From Guillardia theta CCMP2712 (taxonomy: Eukaryota; Protista; Cryptophyta), in contig NW_005434528.1 of NCBI RefSeq assembly GCF_000315625.1, positions 40,843 through 104,842 of the forward strand: DNA of 64,000 nt. Direction: 5' to 3'. The number at the start of each line of letters is the position of its first letter. The first letter of the stretch is position 1. Below are positions 23,367 through 37,450 of the stretch, in pieces. Under the pieces are notes generated by a model. It saw only the letters and a list, made by a program, of their open reading frames with translations. It was not told the origin of the DNA and did no database searches. A program made the translations under genes and the position numbers.

Positions 23367-25799
23367 CCTCCATGCCTTTCCTCTTCCACAACGAAATTCT
23401 AAAAAAATATAAAATGCACAGTGCAAATTGGTACCAAAAATTATTAAAATATTTCTACATGTATAATTGAATATATTGTCAATATGTGTAAGTTTTTTAC
23501 ATGGTTTTAGAAAAACAACAATACAAACAAAAAATAACAACCCTTCAAAAACTTTACCATATATCATAATAAATAAGCTAGGTACAAATTCTGATACAAA
23601 ACATACTATAACTCCACAAATAAAATCTCACGAGCCCCAAAAAGAATTTTAAAACCTTACTTTCAGTGCCACTGAGTCGTCGGAACTTGCAGCACTGCCG
23701 CAGCACTGCGGCCGGGCCGGGCGGCAGTGACTCCGTGGTGAGAGTCTGGCCGGGCCCGCCACCGGGGTGACCGTGCGGCCGTGCGGCCGGGGCCGGGGCC
23801 CGCCCTGTGACACCGGGCACTCAAAGTTAACGGTTAAACTTTATATTCAAGTCATGACGGTTCCGAACCGTTGAACGGCCAACAGGCCGCCCGAGTCGGA
23901 GCCCGGCGCACAGCGGCCGCCGCGCGCCGCTCGGCCGGCCCTGAGCAGCCTTCCGAATTCCAAAGTTCCACCGGCACTGGGCGCGGCTCGGACTGCGGCT
24001 ACCGTACGGCCCACTCCCGGAGGCCGCCGCCGGGCCGGGCCGCCCGCCGGGGCCGGGCGGCGCCCGGCTGAGCCTGACTCGAACTGCCGCCCGGGCCGGC
24101 GCCGCGGCGCCGGGCGCCGTTCAAGAGTCGGAATTCGGACACGCCGCGCCTGGCGGTACTACCGGGTGAATTCTTGGCCTTAATAAGGGCGGCCCGTCAC
24201 GTACCCACCTACCTCTTCGAACCTGACTTCACTGATCGGACCCCTCATTATGACTGCAGACAACGTCAGATTCCACCCGGTTTCGCAGTACCCCCATCAG
24301 CATCTACCCCTCAGCCGTCTACTACTACCACCCACCAACCAACAACGGGAGGCTCGTTACTACGCATGACCACCCCAGATGTCGGGGCCCGAGTCGGTGC
24401 AAATTTGAATATATATCTATCAAAATTTGAAAACTTATTTAAGATAAATTTCAAAAATTTGAAACTTTGAAATCAACCTACTACAGGCGATTGCAGATTG
24501 GGGGTCCTCACCCTCAACGGCTCATTCATGATGAGTTTGGAAGGGGTAGGGGTTCGAGGGAGGGGTGACAAAGTTGAAATGGTGGGTGGCAATGGAAATG
24601 GGGTACACACGTAGGGGTACCTAATGTTCCCATCACCAGGGGTGGAATTAGAATTCATAGAGATAAGGTGGACGATTGAGGGAAATTGGTGTAGCATACA
24701 GGGGTAGGGGGTACACCTCATCTTGATGAAGAAGAATGGGGGTCCAGTAGGGTATAGTGCACTCGAAAGGGGGTAGGGTGGTTAGGATTGATGCTTTAAA
24801 ACGGGGTGGGTAGTTCATGACGGGGTGGATAGAGGAGCGGCAGGGGGTAGTAATAGATGGTGGTAGTGCCGCGACGTGTCCACAATGTCATGAGATCAGT
24901 CAGAGAAGCGAAGCGAAGATGAGAGCGAGAGAGGAGAGAAGAAGACAGCAAGGAAGAGAAGACAGCAACAAGGACGTTGAAATCTTATAGCGATCGTTGA
25001 AGGAGTGGAGCATCAGCGAACGGGTAATGGAAGTGTCAAGGCGATGGAACTGAGCAGGGAAGTCAGTGGGGTTGAAGGGAGGGGTGATTCAAGGGAGCGA
25101 ATCGTCAAATGATATAGTGATATACTCTGTCATCAAGTTTAAGCATGCTAGGAGAAGAATAAGTGGATTACATACCTTAGAGCATGAATTAACAGGTTCC
25201 CTTATGAACAAATCAGTACAAAATATTACGGCAGAAGAGATGCTGTGATTGGAGATTAAAGATGCCATTAAAACGATTTGTGTGACGAGAAAGGAAGAAT
25301 TGCAGATCAAGGAGGAGAATAGGTGTAACGAAGAAAGCAGAGATGGCTGAGGGATTGGAGATGAGATGAGATGGAACAGATAAAAACCCTCATGATCAGT
25401 GAAGCGACGCTGCAGAGTTGAAGTTGACGAATATCAGGGGGGGCTTCCATGAATAGAGATGGGGACTTCTAAGGAAGGTTTGAAGAAGTCATGCTCATGA
25501 GACAAGGGCAGGAGTTGATGGCTGAGTATATGGTCTCTGAAACAAGCAGAGAGGTAAGGGCGAGAGGAGGCACTGTAAGGAGATGCAAGAGGAAAAGGAT
25601 TAGGAATGTTATCCAGCACCTTCAAGGATACAATCATGCTGGTAGGAAGAGTTCAATGCTGTGAATTTCAATGATGCACAGGAGATGAAAGACAGCAAAC
25701 TCCGTTTAAATGTAGAGCGTGCATGTGCAATCGTTGTCATTAGATCCCTTTCTATGCAGGAGCTGAAGCTGAATTTTGTCTGCAGGTGATATTGCTAGC

Positions 25800-26528
25800 A
25801 TGATGCAGGTTCAACCACAATACTCCTATCACGATCAGTTTCACAATGAGATGCCCGCGCAGTACCCGTACCCCCAAGAACATGTCCAGCAAATGCCCTA
25901 TCCTCGATATGACATGATGAATCAACAACCGCCCATTCCAGCGCCTGCTCAGCCCATGATGGGTCAAGGACAACCGATGGGAGGGCAGCCCATGATGGGA
26001 CAGCCGATAGGAGGGCAGCCCATGATGGGACAGCCGATAGGAGGGCAGCCGATGGGAGGGCAGCCCATGTTTCAACCACCACCAGCGCCTCCTGGAGCGT
26101 ATGCGAATGGGTTGAACCCTCAGAAAGCCAGCGCGTCATCGTCGAGTGGCAGGCGAGGCAAAGGCAGGCTCATCAAAAAGGGAAAGTAGGATGATGCATG
26201 TGTTGGTGTGGGAGATTGAGACTTTTGCGATCAGATACTGGCCTGGGAACTGGTTGAAATTGATCGAGATTGAGAAACCGGTGTTCGAGGCTGACCTAAG
26301 AGACAAACAGGCTGAAGAGACCATGTATGATGTCCTTGATTCGTGTGCTGGCTGCAAGTAACATGCTTGTATAGGATGCCCCAGCCAGCTCCTGCTCCCT
26401 CAATGCCGTACAACCCCCCTCAAATGTACCAGCAACCAGTTCAACAACCAATGCAGCACGCCGCTCCACCACCTCCTTCCTTCGAGGGTCGATACTATGA
26501 GGAAGGCTCGAGTGGGGAGGCTCTTTAA
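25800..26528 (+). CDS. Pro/Gln/Met-rich low-complexity protein (partial, probably spliced)
   Basis: GQPMMGQPIGGQP repeats; a GT-AG intron at ~26099-26373 joins to MPQPAPAPSMPYNPPQMYQQP in frame. Ends not defined. Confidence 0.5.
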
Positions 26529-26936
26529 TGGGCATGTGGTACAAGAAAATGACTGAAGATGCCTATCTCTCGCTCAGTGTTGGTGGTCTACAGTTTGAGT
26601 TGATGTGTAGAAAACAAGACTTGGAAACAAGGAAATCAAAAGCAAGTTCGATTGCTCGTACGAGTTGCTAAACCTTTGTATTCCTCATCTTTCCTTCTGC
26701 ATGGTTGGTACCCCCTGGTTGTATCCTGTCACCCCTCATGAGGCTTTAGTACCTGTCCTCGTCGTTCTCATGCACCATCATGACAGATCTTGTAAGGCAA
26801 TGATGAAGGAAAGTGAAAAGTAAAGAGCGCATGATAAAGCATCGTTTTTCAACACATCTTGAATCAATGTCCGACACTCATCCAGCATGTTCATCCAAGA
26901 ATGACACCAAACCCTCCTGGACCCCCTTGCCTCCAC

Positions 26937-27310
26937 CTGCCTCTCTATCTCCCCCACCACTGCCTGTACCCTCTACCTCTCTATCTCCCCCACCACTGCC
27001 TGTACCCTCTGCCTCTCTATCTCCCCCACCACTGCCTGTACCCTCTACCTCTCTATCTCCCCCACCACTGCCTGTACCCTCTACCTCTCTATCTCCCCCA
27101 CCACTGCCTGTACCCTCTACCTCTCTATCTCCCCCACCACTGCCTGTACCCTCTGCCTCTCTATCTCCCCCACCACTGCCTGTACCCTCTGCCTCTCTAT
27201 CTCCCCCACCACTGCCTGTACCCTCTACCTCTCTATCTCCCCCACCACTGCCTGTACCCTCTACCTCTCTATCTCCCCCACCACTGCCTGTACCCTCTAC
27301 CTCTCTATCT
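26937..27310. repeat. 36-bp minisatellite, ~10.4 copies (CTCTCTATCTCCCCCACCACTGCCTGTACCCTCT[A/G]C)
   Basis: Tandem copies with one variable base; followed by a 29-bp tandem duplication at 27317-27376. Confidence 0.95.
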
Positions 27311-27755
27311 AGGATGTTCTAGGCTGAACGAGTGTACTCAAAGCTTTCTAGGCTGAACGAGTGTACTCAAAGCTTTGTTGGAGATCAGGAGCTAGGCTGA
27401 TGGTATCCTCTGAGAGATGCTGTTAGCAAAACATTGAAATGTTGTGATGGTTGGAACACAAGAGGGGGGAGGAGGGAGGATGTAACATGATGGTCCCTCT
27501 ACCTCAGGCAATGTATCACTGATTCTATCTCAACGCAGGAAGGAATCACACGCTCCTCACGAGTGTGCTGCACTTGTACCCATGCTGTGTGCCACGAATC
27601 GATAGTGAGTTGGTGTTATCAAATAAACTTCATGTCTCTACTCTTCACCCTTGTGTGTCAACCTGCGGAGGTGCCTTGAGCATTTGCTGTAGACGTCTGC
27701 AACCCGTGAAGCTTCAGGGTGTGACAGAAGTTTGGTAGCGTTAAGTGTTTGTGTC

Positions 27756-28222
27756 GTGATTTGTGGAGTTTCATTCTGTTTTCCGTCTCCGCTAGTGATT
27801 TGTGGAGTTTCATTCTGTTTTCCGTCTCCGCTAGTGATTTGTGGAGTGTCATTCTGTTTTCCGTCTCCGCTAGTGATTTGTGGAGTTTCATTCTGTTTTC
27901 CGTCTCCGCTAGTGATTTGTGGAGTTTCATTCTGTTTTCCGTCTCCGCTAGTGATTTGTGGAGTTTCATTCTGTTTTCCGTCTCCGCTAGTGATTTGTGG
28001 AGTTTCATTCTGTTTTCCGTCTCCGCTAGTGATTTGTGGAGTTTCATTCTGTTTTCCGTCTCCGCTAGTGATTTGTGGAGTTTCATTCTGTTTTCCGTCT
28101 CCGCTAGTGATTTGTGGAGTTTCATTCTGTTTTCCGTCTCCGCTAGTGATTTGTGGAGTTTCATTCTGTTTTCCGTCTCCGCTAGTGATTTGTGGAGTTT
28201 CATTCTGTTTTCCGTCTCCGCT
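27756..28222. repeat. 39-bp minisatellite, 12 copies (GTGATTTGTGGAGTTTCATTCTGTTTTCCGTCTCCGCTA)
   Basis: Near-perfect tandem copies with one substitution in the third unit. Confidence 0.96.
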
Positions 28223-28439
28223 GTGCTTGAATTTGGCGTTCTGGACTACGTTGTTGTATACACAACTTTGCGTAAGACCTTGAGCTCAGATGATCTTAGG
28301 ATCACTGTTTATCAAGCACACACACTCATGAGATCAGCACCATGCTCTCTGGCAGCTCTCCGGCATCGTCATCCTATTTCCCTACGGTACAGCTATGCTA
28401 CGTCCAAGGGGCGTCCGGAATGAGTCCAGGATACAACAC

Positions 28440-30100
28440 ACGTGATGTCATACAATACTCGTCAGGCTGCTTCCAAGCAGATTTCTGATCATCAGCTGTT
28501 AGATAATGATTGGCAATTCTTGGGGGACGCTGATGACCTGGAACACGACCGCATCTTACTGCCACCGGTAGGTCCCCGCCATTGACACCCATGCTCAAGT
28601 TACGGCCAAGATCAAGAACTTGCCTAAGCTGGACACTGCCAGGCAGACACCGCAGAAAAATGTACTCACCAGGGTCAGGGCAGTACGATATGCCCTCGAA
28701 CCTGCACTAGATCTCTTGGATGAGGTGCTCGTCAACATTGCATCGCTCCGGCAGAGCTCCGGCAACTATCCTGGACTACCTTTGCGAGGCAGCTCCAGGA
28801 CAGTTATCTTCCACCAGCATCTTCAGCTGCTGCCTGGAGGTCTTGAATTCGCCAACGACAGCGTCATCCGACGACGCTTCGTCGCAGGAGTGTTAGCTGA
28901 GTATGGCATTGCCTTGGATACCACGGCTCAGAGTCGGAAGGATACGAAAATCCGCCAGCTGCATGCCATCACCGCGATGTTTCCAGGCGGCCCGGAAGCA
29001 CGCACGCGGCTGGACATGCGCAAGGGGAGCAGGGGAGAAACTCCCGCAAGGACGGCGGGAGCAGAGGGAGGAATCCATCCAAGGACCGACAAGCAGGCGC
29101 GTCTGCTCGGAAGGGCCGTTCCAGCCGTTGCAACAGTCGGGAGCGCGCAGAGGGCCGCTGCTTTAACTGCAGGCAGCGAGGACAAGAAGTGGAAAGAGTC
29201 GGTCCCGTCGCACAGGGAGATGATGACATCTCGTTTCAAATGAACTTCAACTTTGCATCCCCGGTACGAGCGCTGGGAATGTCAAAGTTCAGTGGTGCAA
29301 CGGCTTGGGCTGTCGACATACGCGATCCCTGCAGCGGTCAAGGTGCAGCTTGCTCAGGGCGACAGCTCCATGCTCGTTCGCGAGGCCTGTCGAGTGGACT
29401 TCACCATCGCGGGCACGGCGACAAACGCACAAGAGGACTTGCTGGTACTCGACGCGCACGCGGCGTTGCCGGCGATCCTCAGTCGTCGCTTCATAAGGCG
29501 CATGCAGCACTTGCCGGTAGGGGTCACGCTGCCATCCTCCATCTCCGGTACGGGGCCTGGCTGCATCCTTCATCCCAGGCTCAATGCCCATCTGGTCGAG
29601 GTCAATGTCCCACCTCCGGTGCCGACGGAGTTCATGGAAAGGATTGGCAACGCGCGGCTGTTCTTGAGCAAGGTTGACCTGGCCAGTGGGTTCTGGCAGT
29701 TCAAGCTCACGGAGAACACTGAGAGCTCAATATACCGGCTTCCTGATGGAACAAGGAGCGTTCGACTTCTGCTGGAACTGAGCAAGATCCAAGCGATTCA
29801 ACAGTTTCCGGTTTCCGCATCGCTGAAGCAACTTCATTTATTCTTGGGATTGGCCAACTTCTACAAGCGATTCATTCCTAATATTGCGAGACTCGCAGCG
29901 GACCAATCGGACGAGCTCAAGCAGGGCCAGAGACGATTTGTGTGGACCAAGACAGCACAAGAAGCTGTTGATGCCCTCAAACGGGCCTTGACGCAGGCAC
30001 CTGTCCTCCATCATTCTCAGAGCGATCGCCCAACCATCTTGCAACAGATGCTTCGGATCTCGAAATTGGCACTGCTCTGCATCAGCAGACGGGATCGAGC
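28440..30100 (+). mobile_element. Decayed Ty3/gypsy LTR retrotransposon internal region
   Basis: RT motif FLSKVDLASGFWQF and connection domain FLGLANFYKRFIPN..FVWT..ALKRALTQAPVL; the YxDD segment is deleted; gag-like ORF upstream. Confidence 0.85.
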
Positions 30101-30104
30101 ACCC

Positions 30105-30330
30105 AATTGCAACACTCTCGTTGCTACATCAGACGCATCGTAGGCAGAATTCAAACTGACGCGACGAAGTCAGAAAGGAGTTCTTCTCACCTTGAATTGA
30201 GCTGTCATTTCCTATTCCAGCAAACTTCAACAGTCTGTTAGTCTAAGCTCTACGGAGTCTGAACTTCAGGCATCTACCATGGCTGTACAGTACATTCTTA
30301 TCTTCCGTCGCCTCCTCAGTTATTTCACAG
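30105..30330 (+). pseudogene. Ty1/copia RNase H fragment
   Basis: TLVATSDAS*..TRRSQKG..ISYSSKLQQSVSLSSTESEL with two in-frame stops; colinear with the RNase H at ~49280-49440. Confidence 0.8.
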
Positions 30331-31211
30331 AATGAAACGCTTCGATATCAAATCGTTTCTTTGTGACAAGCTTGCCAAGCAGACGTTCCTTCCTATTCAA
30401 TTTGCTTCCTGACTTCTAAGCTCTACGTTTGGATTTCTCCTCAGTGGCTGCCATCTTCTCTACCATCACAAGATCTGCATGGGAGGATGATGGCACATGC
30501 AGTTCGGTTGCATGGGACGATTGCATGCGAGCAGTACCTGCTCGTTGCTTTGCAGGATGGCACGTGCAGTACATGCTCGTTGAATGGGAGCAGACGCCTT
30601 TCTCCCATCGCTGAGCCGTGCAGGTACTCCTCAGACCTACTAGTCCCTGCTGCACATGGCAGGTGGCCGTGTGGCCAGCTGCTCGCTTGCATGGGAGGAC
30701 TCTCGGGTCGTTGAAAACATTTGCGAGTCCAGAGATGCTCAACGCATCTTTCCTCCAAACACTTGCTGCAATCTTATTCTTCAAAAGCAAAAGGCGTTCC
30801 CTGAGGTTTCAGCTTCTCTTTCAAGCAGGCCTTCTCCTCATGATGCGCTCAAGCAAGTTCATGGCTCAGGCATGACGGCCTCGCTCTTGCTTTACCGCAG
30901 CTGCCATGGTCTCCTTGGCAGGGATGATCCCTTCGATAGCCAGTGGCTCGCTCGCTCTCTCGCTTTCTCCTTCTCTTGCGTCTGTCTCGTTGTCTCGACA
31001 GCCGCACTCTGTTGCTGGGAGGACAACAGTGCTCAGCGCGGCAGTGCAGAATTTTTCGATTCACCAACAGGCTACTTTGTTCCTTTTAGCTCTTCGCAAC
31101 AGCTAGTATCGCTTCCAGAGGCGACTACTCGTCTTCGACAAGAATTTGTAGGAGTACTGATGAGGGGTGGTCTACCCCGCACTTGGTCTGGAGATGTAGG
31201 GGTCTTGCCTC

Positions 31212-31242
<31 letters not shown>

Positions 31243-32639
31243 GCAAGCGCATTGTTTGGCGAACCCCTCTCCATCAAAGACCAACATCAGATCCGATCCG
31301 AACATCACCGCTTTCTTTTTCATTTGCATCTCATTGGACTCGGAAGAGCTTTCAGCCACTTCCAAATAAACACATCTCTTGCACTGCCTCTTTCATTCCT
31401 TGATTACACTCGTAATCATCACAACATACTCTTGTTGTGTGACTTACTTTGACTCTTGTGTTTCTTGGGAACACGGTCCTCGAATTTTACACGGAGCGTA
31501 TCTCACCCCATCGGACGGTGCCAGTGTGATCAGAGGACTACTGTGTGTTCATCATCTCCTACCGTCACGGATCTGACTTTCTGCGGACAGTGACTGTGCT
31601 GTCTCGTCAAGTTATGTCCTCGATGTCTCAAACATTTTGGCGGGCCGGTGCTAGGAAGGCCTCCTCTTCGTCTGACGTGCTACATTGCCACCTCGCAACA
31701 CGTAAGGGTCGTCTTTACACAACGATTGTCATGGACTTTCTCCACATGCTCGAGAGTGCTTACTATGCGACATCTCCGAGCAAGTCGACTTGCATCTGCA
31801 GATAGCTGCAATATTCATTTTTCGATTTTTAGCTCTTCTGACAAGCCTTCTCTGCGCTTTCAAACTCACAACACTATCGCTACACTATCGCTACCATGAA
31901 TGGCACCTCCACTGGATCACACAAAGGTGTACTAAGGTAGAGACGAAGATCGTAGCTCTTCAGATGATCCTTCAGACGCAGCTGTTCTTCCAGATGTCGG
32001 AGTACTGCAGCTAATCTTTGCCTGGCCTGGAGAGAGCCTGGTTCCTATGAGCTCTAACACCATCCAAATGCGGTGAACAGAGTCTCAAAATCAGAAGAAC
32101 CTGAAGCTACATTCAGTGTAGAGACAGTTACATTTTGCATATTCTTGCAGCAGAAATTCATCTTCAGATGAAAGTTCATGCTCTCTTTTGTACACTTTTG
32201 CTTCCAAAATGCTCTCTGGGCCAAGCAAATTCCGTACCATTGCGTGAGAATGACTGTTGAACTCGAGAAATAAGAAATATCCGACAAGATTTCAATTCTC
32301 TCCTGAGCAACTGTAATTTGATGCTGAATTCCATCGCAGATTTGAGGTTACAACCCGCCATGATGAAGCTACCCCTCTTCTATCACGTCACAACCTGATC
32401 GACGATGCTGGAGGAGGACCCATGCTACGACTGATGTCGGTAGCAGTGCTGTTCATCACTTAGATAAGGCTCTTTCTATAAACATTCAACTCAACAGAGC
32501 TCCTTTCAAGATTGCCGAAATTGCAATTTCTTTGAAATTTCCCTTGTCACTCGCTCACCACAGGTATGAAAGGAGGTAGTGCGGGTATAATTGATCACTG
32601 TTGGCAATAGTGAATCATTCACCAGCTCGAGTCAATCCG

Positions 32640-35600
32640 AGTTTCGCACCATCATACCCATGTCGTAGAGATGTGCGTTGGAACTAACGATCTGTTGCAA
32701 GATCATTGACAAGTACTTCATCCTTGTCGGCCTAGAGCTACTGCAGCACCATTGGGCGTCTTTTGCTATCTGCTCAGACCGAGTCAGGTGAGTTGCCGCG
32801 CCTGACTCAGTAACCCCTAAGCCCTCATCGGTCGGATTGAGATGGGCAGCTTGGTATCCTCCCACGAGCTAATGCTCAGCCGCTTCAATAACTCGAAAGA
32901 AGAAGCCAATGTCTGAGCCGAGAGGCAAATATTGCACAGTGTATGACAACGAGTCATGGATAGGACAGGTCAAGTACCAAATGCTCGCAAGTGGAGCCCA
33001 TTCATTCAGCCAGTACTCTCCTGCTCGCTGCAGATGCAGCAGCTGGAGCAATCCAGTCTTGCACTTGCATGCAACATGTCCGAGCAAGTCGATGCGCCTT
33101 CTCACGCAAGCGCACTGAAGTCATGAGGAGCATCTACCCTTAGCTGAAAGTGCTTAGAGGATGACCCCTGGTGCGAGAGAGGCTCATCAGTACGGGTAGT
33201 TTCCTCATTCCTGGTCAGAAGCGGAGCAGAAGCTTGCGAGAAGCGAGAGCTCGCACGATGCGAGTGTGTTCGAGCATCAGAGAGCACTAGCGCTAGTCCT
33301 TCCCTTAGCATATAGAAGGATCAGCCTCTTCAGCTAGAATGGGCTGTTCTCTCCTCATGTTGTATCACTACACTGCACCTTTATGTGCGATCCAGTGGAG
33401 AGATGCAAGGCTTGCTAATAATAATAGTCATCATGCAGTCCCACTAGGATCCTATAGCAGGGGGCATGCGGATGGGCGAAGCTTGATGGCATGGGCGACG
33501 GAGTGCTAATTAGCACGTTCGGTGCCAATTCATGAGAAAACAAAGCACTAGGTATGTTATTCACAACCTTCGTGATCAGCGGGTGTGATGCTTGGAATCG
33601 TCCTGAAGCTCATATCTTTGCGAAGATTTGGCAAGGAGTACTCCAATAAGTGCGTGAAACGCACGAAGTCAGCAGGGGAATCGTGATAGCCATGGGTGTG
33701 GCATAGGCTGCTAAGTGCTAAACAGCCCTGCAACAAAACCTTCTGAGAGCAAAATGGTGCTTGGATGGGAGGCAGAAATCAGGACATCTTCAAAGTAGAG
33801 TACCTTAATCATCGTGGCCCTTTGACATCTTGATCCTATCCTAGCATCACTGATCTTGCATTTGATAACAGGATGATTGATTGTCGTAGATCATAGGCAT
33901 CGTCGATGATTCGAGCTTTCTCTGACCCTAGCATCGTTGATCCCAGGACAAAGCATTGTTGATCGTAGCATATGGTCACCTTAATCTCAGCATCTTTGAT
34001 CCATGCAGCACTCTGACAGCCTCTGCCCACCGAAGATGCTGCAGGCATCTTGCCATTCTTGCTGCACGTATTGCGCTCTCATGCTGACAGTCCTTGGGCA
34101 AACCCCAGTGCGAGCTGAGTTGCACCTCAGGGTGAATCGAGCTTTTAGCACGGGGGAGGTCAGGTGGAGGAGGTGAGGGGGTGACGGGTGGAGGGTGAGA
34201 AAGGGAGAGTGAAGGGGTGGTCATCAGATTATTGACCTCAGGTGGAGAAGGTGAGGGTGGACGAGTGGAGGTAGAGGGAACGTCTTCCTTGTCCCCCTGA
34301 AACCCTCCCCCCCTGCCCCCCTCCCCCGTTCTTCCCGTCAGGTGGACAGGGTGAGCCGTGACAGGGGTTGAACAATTTTTTTTTTTCAGGGTGAATTCGA
34401 GAACTTCAGGTGGAGGGGGTGGAGGAAAGAGCGGGTGACGGGTGTGTGGTTGCACGAGTTTCCGTGCAACCAGGTGGAGGAGGTGGTCTCAAATACTACT
34501 GACACTGACTGGGTGAGGGTGGTGGACGGGGGGGGGGGGGGTGCCATCTCGTGTCTGTCACGGACCTTTCTTGGCCGTAAAGTATTTGTACGGGGTGGAG
34601 ATAGATTATATAAAATTCGGTTTGTGACTTTTTGATTCGGTGAGGGGTGGGTTAACAGAAGCTAGCTACCCCTGACCTGCTGAGGTTTCCCTTGGTGAAC
34701 CAAGGGTAGGGTAGTCACGATGAGCTGGAGGGGGTGGACACATGAGGGGTCTACTAAGGTGTGAGTATAATGAACGGGCAGGTGGAGAGGGGGGGAGGGG
34801 TAGCTGATCGAAGGCTCAGGGCACGGGTAGTAGGGTGGTGTTCGTGAGCAAAGGCCGAATTTCCGAGGTAGGGACCGTCCGAAACAGCACTGGAAGAGGG
34901 GTCCATAGGGTCGGGGGTGGTGTGGCTTTTCAAGAATGTTCTTCTGACCCTTCAGTACCCCTGCGGTCTCTGGAGTTCCTACAGGTGGGCTGGTACCCCC
35001 CCACCCTCCCTTGGAAAATACCTGGCAATCACCTCGATTACCGTCACATGGGGTAGGGTACCCTACCCTAAATGCCGATTTCATGTTCAAAGTTCGATGG
35101 CTCTGTCTTGATTTTTGAAATTATTGCGATAAATTTCAGAGTTGCTACCATGAGTGAACCTTTCGACCCCCGCTGGATAGGTCCGCTGTGCTCAGGATCA
35201 GCGCATGGGGATGTTGGGGGCTACGAGCATGCAGACGAGGGTTGCGGCGGTGTGGGGGAGGAAGACACTTGTATGGCATCTTCTTGTGATGTGCTCACTT
35301 GTACCTCTCACCTGCTCTGAGAGTAATCCCTCGGAATCTTCGTTCATTTCAAGTACTCCGATCATTTCTTCCTCCTCCTCCTCTACTCCGGTCATCTCAT
35401 CGTCTACTACTTCGAATACTGCGGTAATCTCGTTCTCGACTGATACAAACACTCCGGTCATCTCCTCCTCTTCCTCTACTCCGGTCATCTCCTCCTCCTC
35501 CTCCTCCTCTACTCCAGTCTTCTCCTCCTCCTCATCTACTCCGGTCGTCTCCTCCTCTTCCTCTACTCCAGCCTTCTCCTCCTCCTCCTCCTCCTCTACT

Positions 35601-37450
35601 CCAGTCTTCTCCTCCTCCTCCTCTACTCCAGCCTTCTCCTCCTCCTCCTCTACTCCGGTCGTCTCCTCCTCCTCCTCTACTCCGGTCATCTCCTCCTCCT
35701 CTACTCCGGTCGTCTCCTCCTCCTCCTCTACTCCGGTCATCGCCTCCTCCTCCTCCTCTACTCCAGCCTTCTCCTCCTCCTCCTCTACTCCGGTCGTCTC
35801 CTCCTCCTCCTCTACTCCGGTCATCTCCTCCTCCTCCTCTACTCNNNNNNNNNNNNNNNNNNNNNNNNNNNNNNNNNNNNNNNNNNNNNNNNNNNNNNNN
35901 NNNNNNNNNNNNNNNNNNNNNNNNNNNNNNNNNNNNNNNNNNNNCTCCTCCTCTACTCCAGCCTTCTCCTCCTCCTCCTCCTCCTCTACTCCAGTCTTCT
36001 CCTCCTCCTCCTCTACTCCAGCCTTCTCCTCCTCCTCCTCTACTCCGGTCGTCTCATCGCATACGACGTCAACTACTCCGGTCATCTCATCGACTCCAGA
36101 AAGTACTCCGGTCATCGCCTCCTCCTCCTCCTCTACTCCGGTCGTCTCATCGTCTACTACGTCGACTACTCCGGTCGTCTCATCGACCCCAGAAAGTACT
36201 CCGGTCATCTCCTCCTCCTCCTCTACTCCTGTACTTATTTCCTCCTCCTCTACTCCGGTCGTCTCCTCCTCCTCTACTCCGGTCATCGCCTCCTCCTCCT
36301 CCTCTACTCCGATCGTCTCCTCCTCCTCCTCTACTCCAGCCTTCTCCTCCTCTTCCTCCTCTACTCCGGTCGTCTCATCGTCTACTACGTCGACTACTCC
36401 GGTCGTCTCATCGGCTCCAGAAAGTACTCCGGTCGTCTCCTCCTCCTCTACTCCAGCCTTCTCCTCCTCTTCCTCTACTCCGGTCGTCTCATCGTCTACT
36501 ACGTCGACTACTCCGGTCGTCTCATCGTCTACGACGTCGACTACTCCGGTCGTCTCATCGTCTACGACGTCGACTACTCCGGTCGTCTCATCGTCTACGA
36601 CGTCAACTACTCCGGTCGTCTCATCGTCTACGACGTCGACTGCTCCGGTCGTCTCATCGTCTACGACGTCGACTACTCCGGTCGTCTCATCGTCTACTAC
36701 GTCAACTACTCCGGTCGTCTCATCGTCTACGACGTCGACTACTCCGGTCGTCTCATCGTCTACGACGTCGACTACTCCGGTCGTCTCATCGTCTACGACG
36801 TCGACTACTCCGGTCGTCTCATCGTCTACGACGTCGACTACTCCGGTCGTCTCATCGTCTACACGTCGACTACTCCGGTCGTCTCATCGTCTACACGTCG
36901 ACTACTCCGGTCGTCTCATCGTCTACGACGTCGACTACTCCAGTCGTCTCATCGTCTACGACGTCGACTACTCCGGTCGTCTCATCGTCTACCTTTAGTA
37001 CACCATCCTTGAGTACTCCCGTGCCGACTCTTCAGTTGTGTGGAAACGGAGTTCTCGACCCTGGTGAGACTTGTGATGATGGAAACACAATCTCTGGCGA
37101 TGGTTGCAGCTCGCTGTGTCGAGTTGAGCCATACTGGACCTGCAGCAATCCGGTGGAGACCACGGAGGAGATCTTCTCGTCGCCTGTGACCAGCACACCT
37201 GTGCAAACAACGCCTGTACTGCAGATGACCGAGCATCTGTCTCTGTGTACATGGCTTGCTACTCCCCAGTGGACCGGACTCTCCGTGCTGAGCGGCTCAA
37301 CGTACGCAACGATGCTGAACCAGCTGACCATCTTCTTGACTTCCAACTTTCCTCTCAAGGTTGGAAGCAATTTCTCCATCATTGGTCTCAATGTCACTAT
37401 CGACGGCAACCCCGACAATGTCTCAGTCTCAGGCAATGACATATTGTCTT
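32640..37450 (+). repeat. Segmental duplication, copy 1 (paralogous to 58715-64000)
   Basis: Near-identical blocks 32640-33122/58715-59192, 33748-34140/59627-60038, 34855-35340/60410-60895 and 36990-37450/63540-64000. Confidence 0.93.

Noticed and set aside
24540-24570. tRNA suggested by GGTTCGA (also near 60400)
   Set aside because: No cloverleaf stems or A-box context.
26813-28423. Repeat-peptide ORFs (SPPPLPVPST, MKLHKSLAETENR and others)
   Set aside because: Unit lengths divisible by 3 keep several frames open; no unique coding flanks or domain evidence.
30416-34050. Short ORFs suggesting a decayed gene
   Set aside because: No recognisable motif; cannot assign strand or product by eye.
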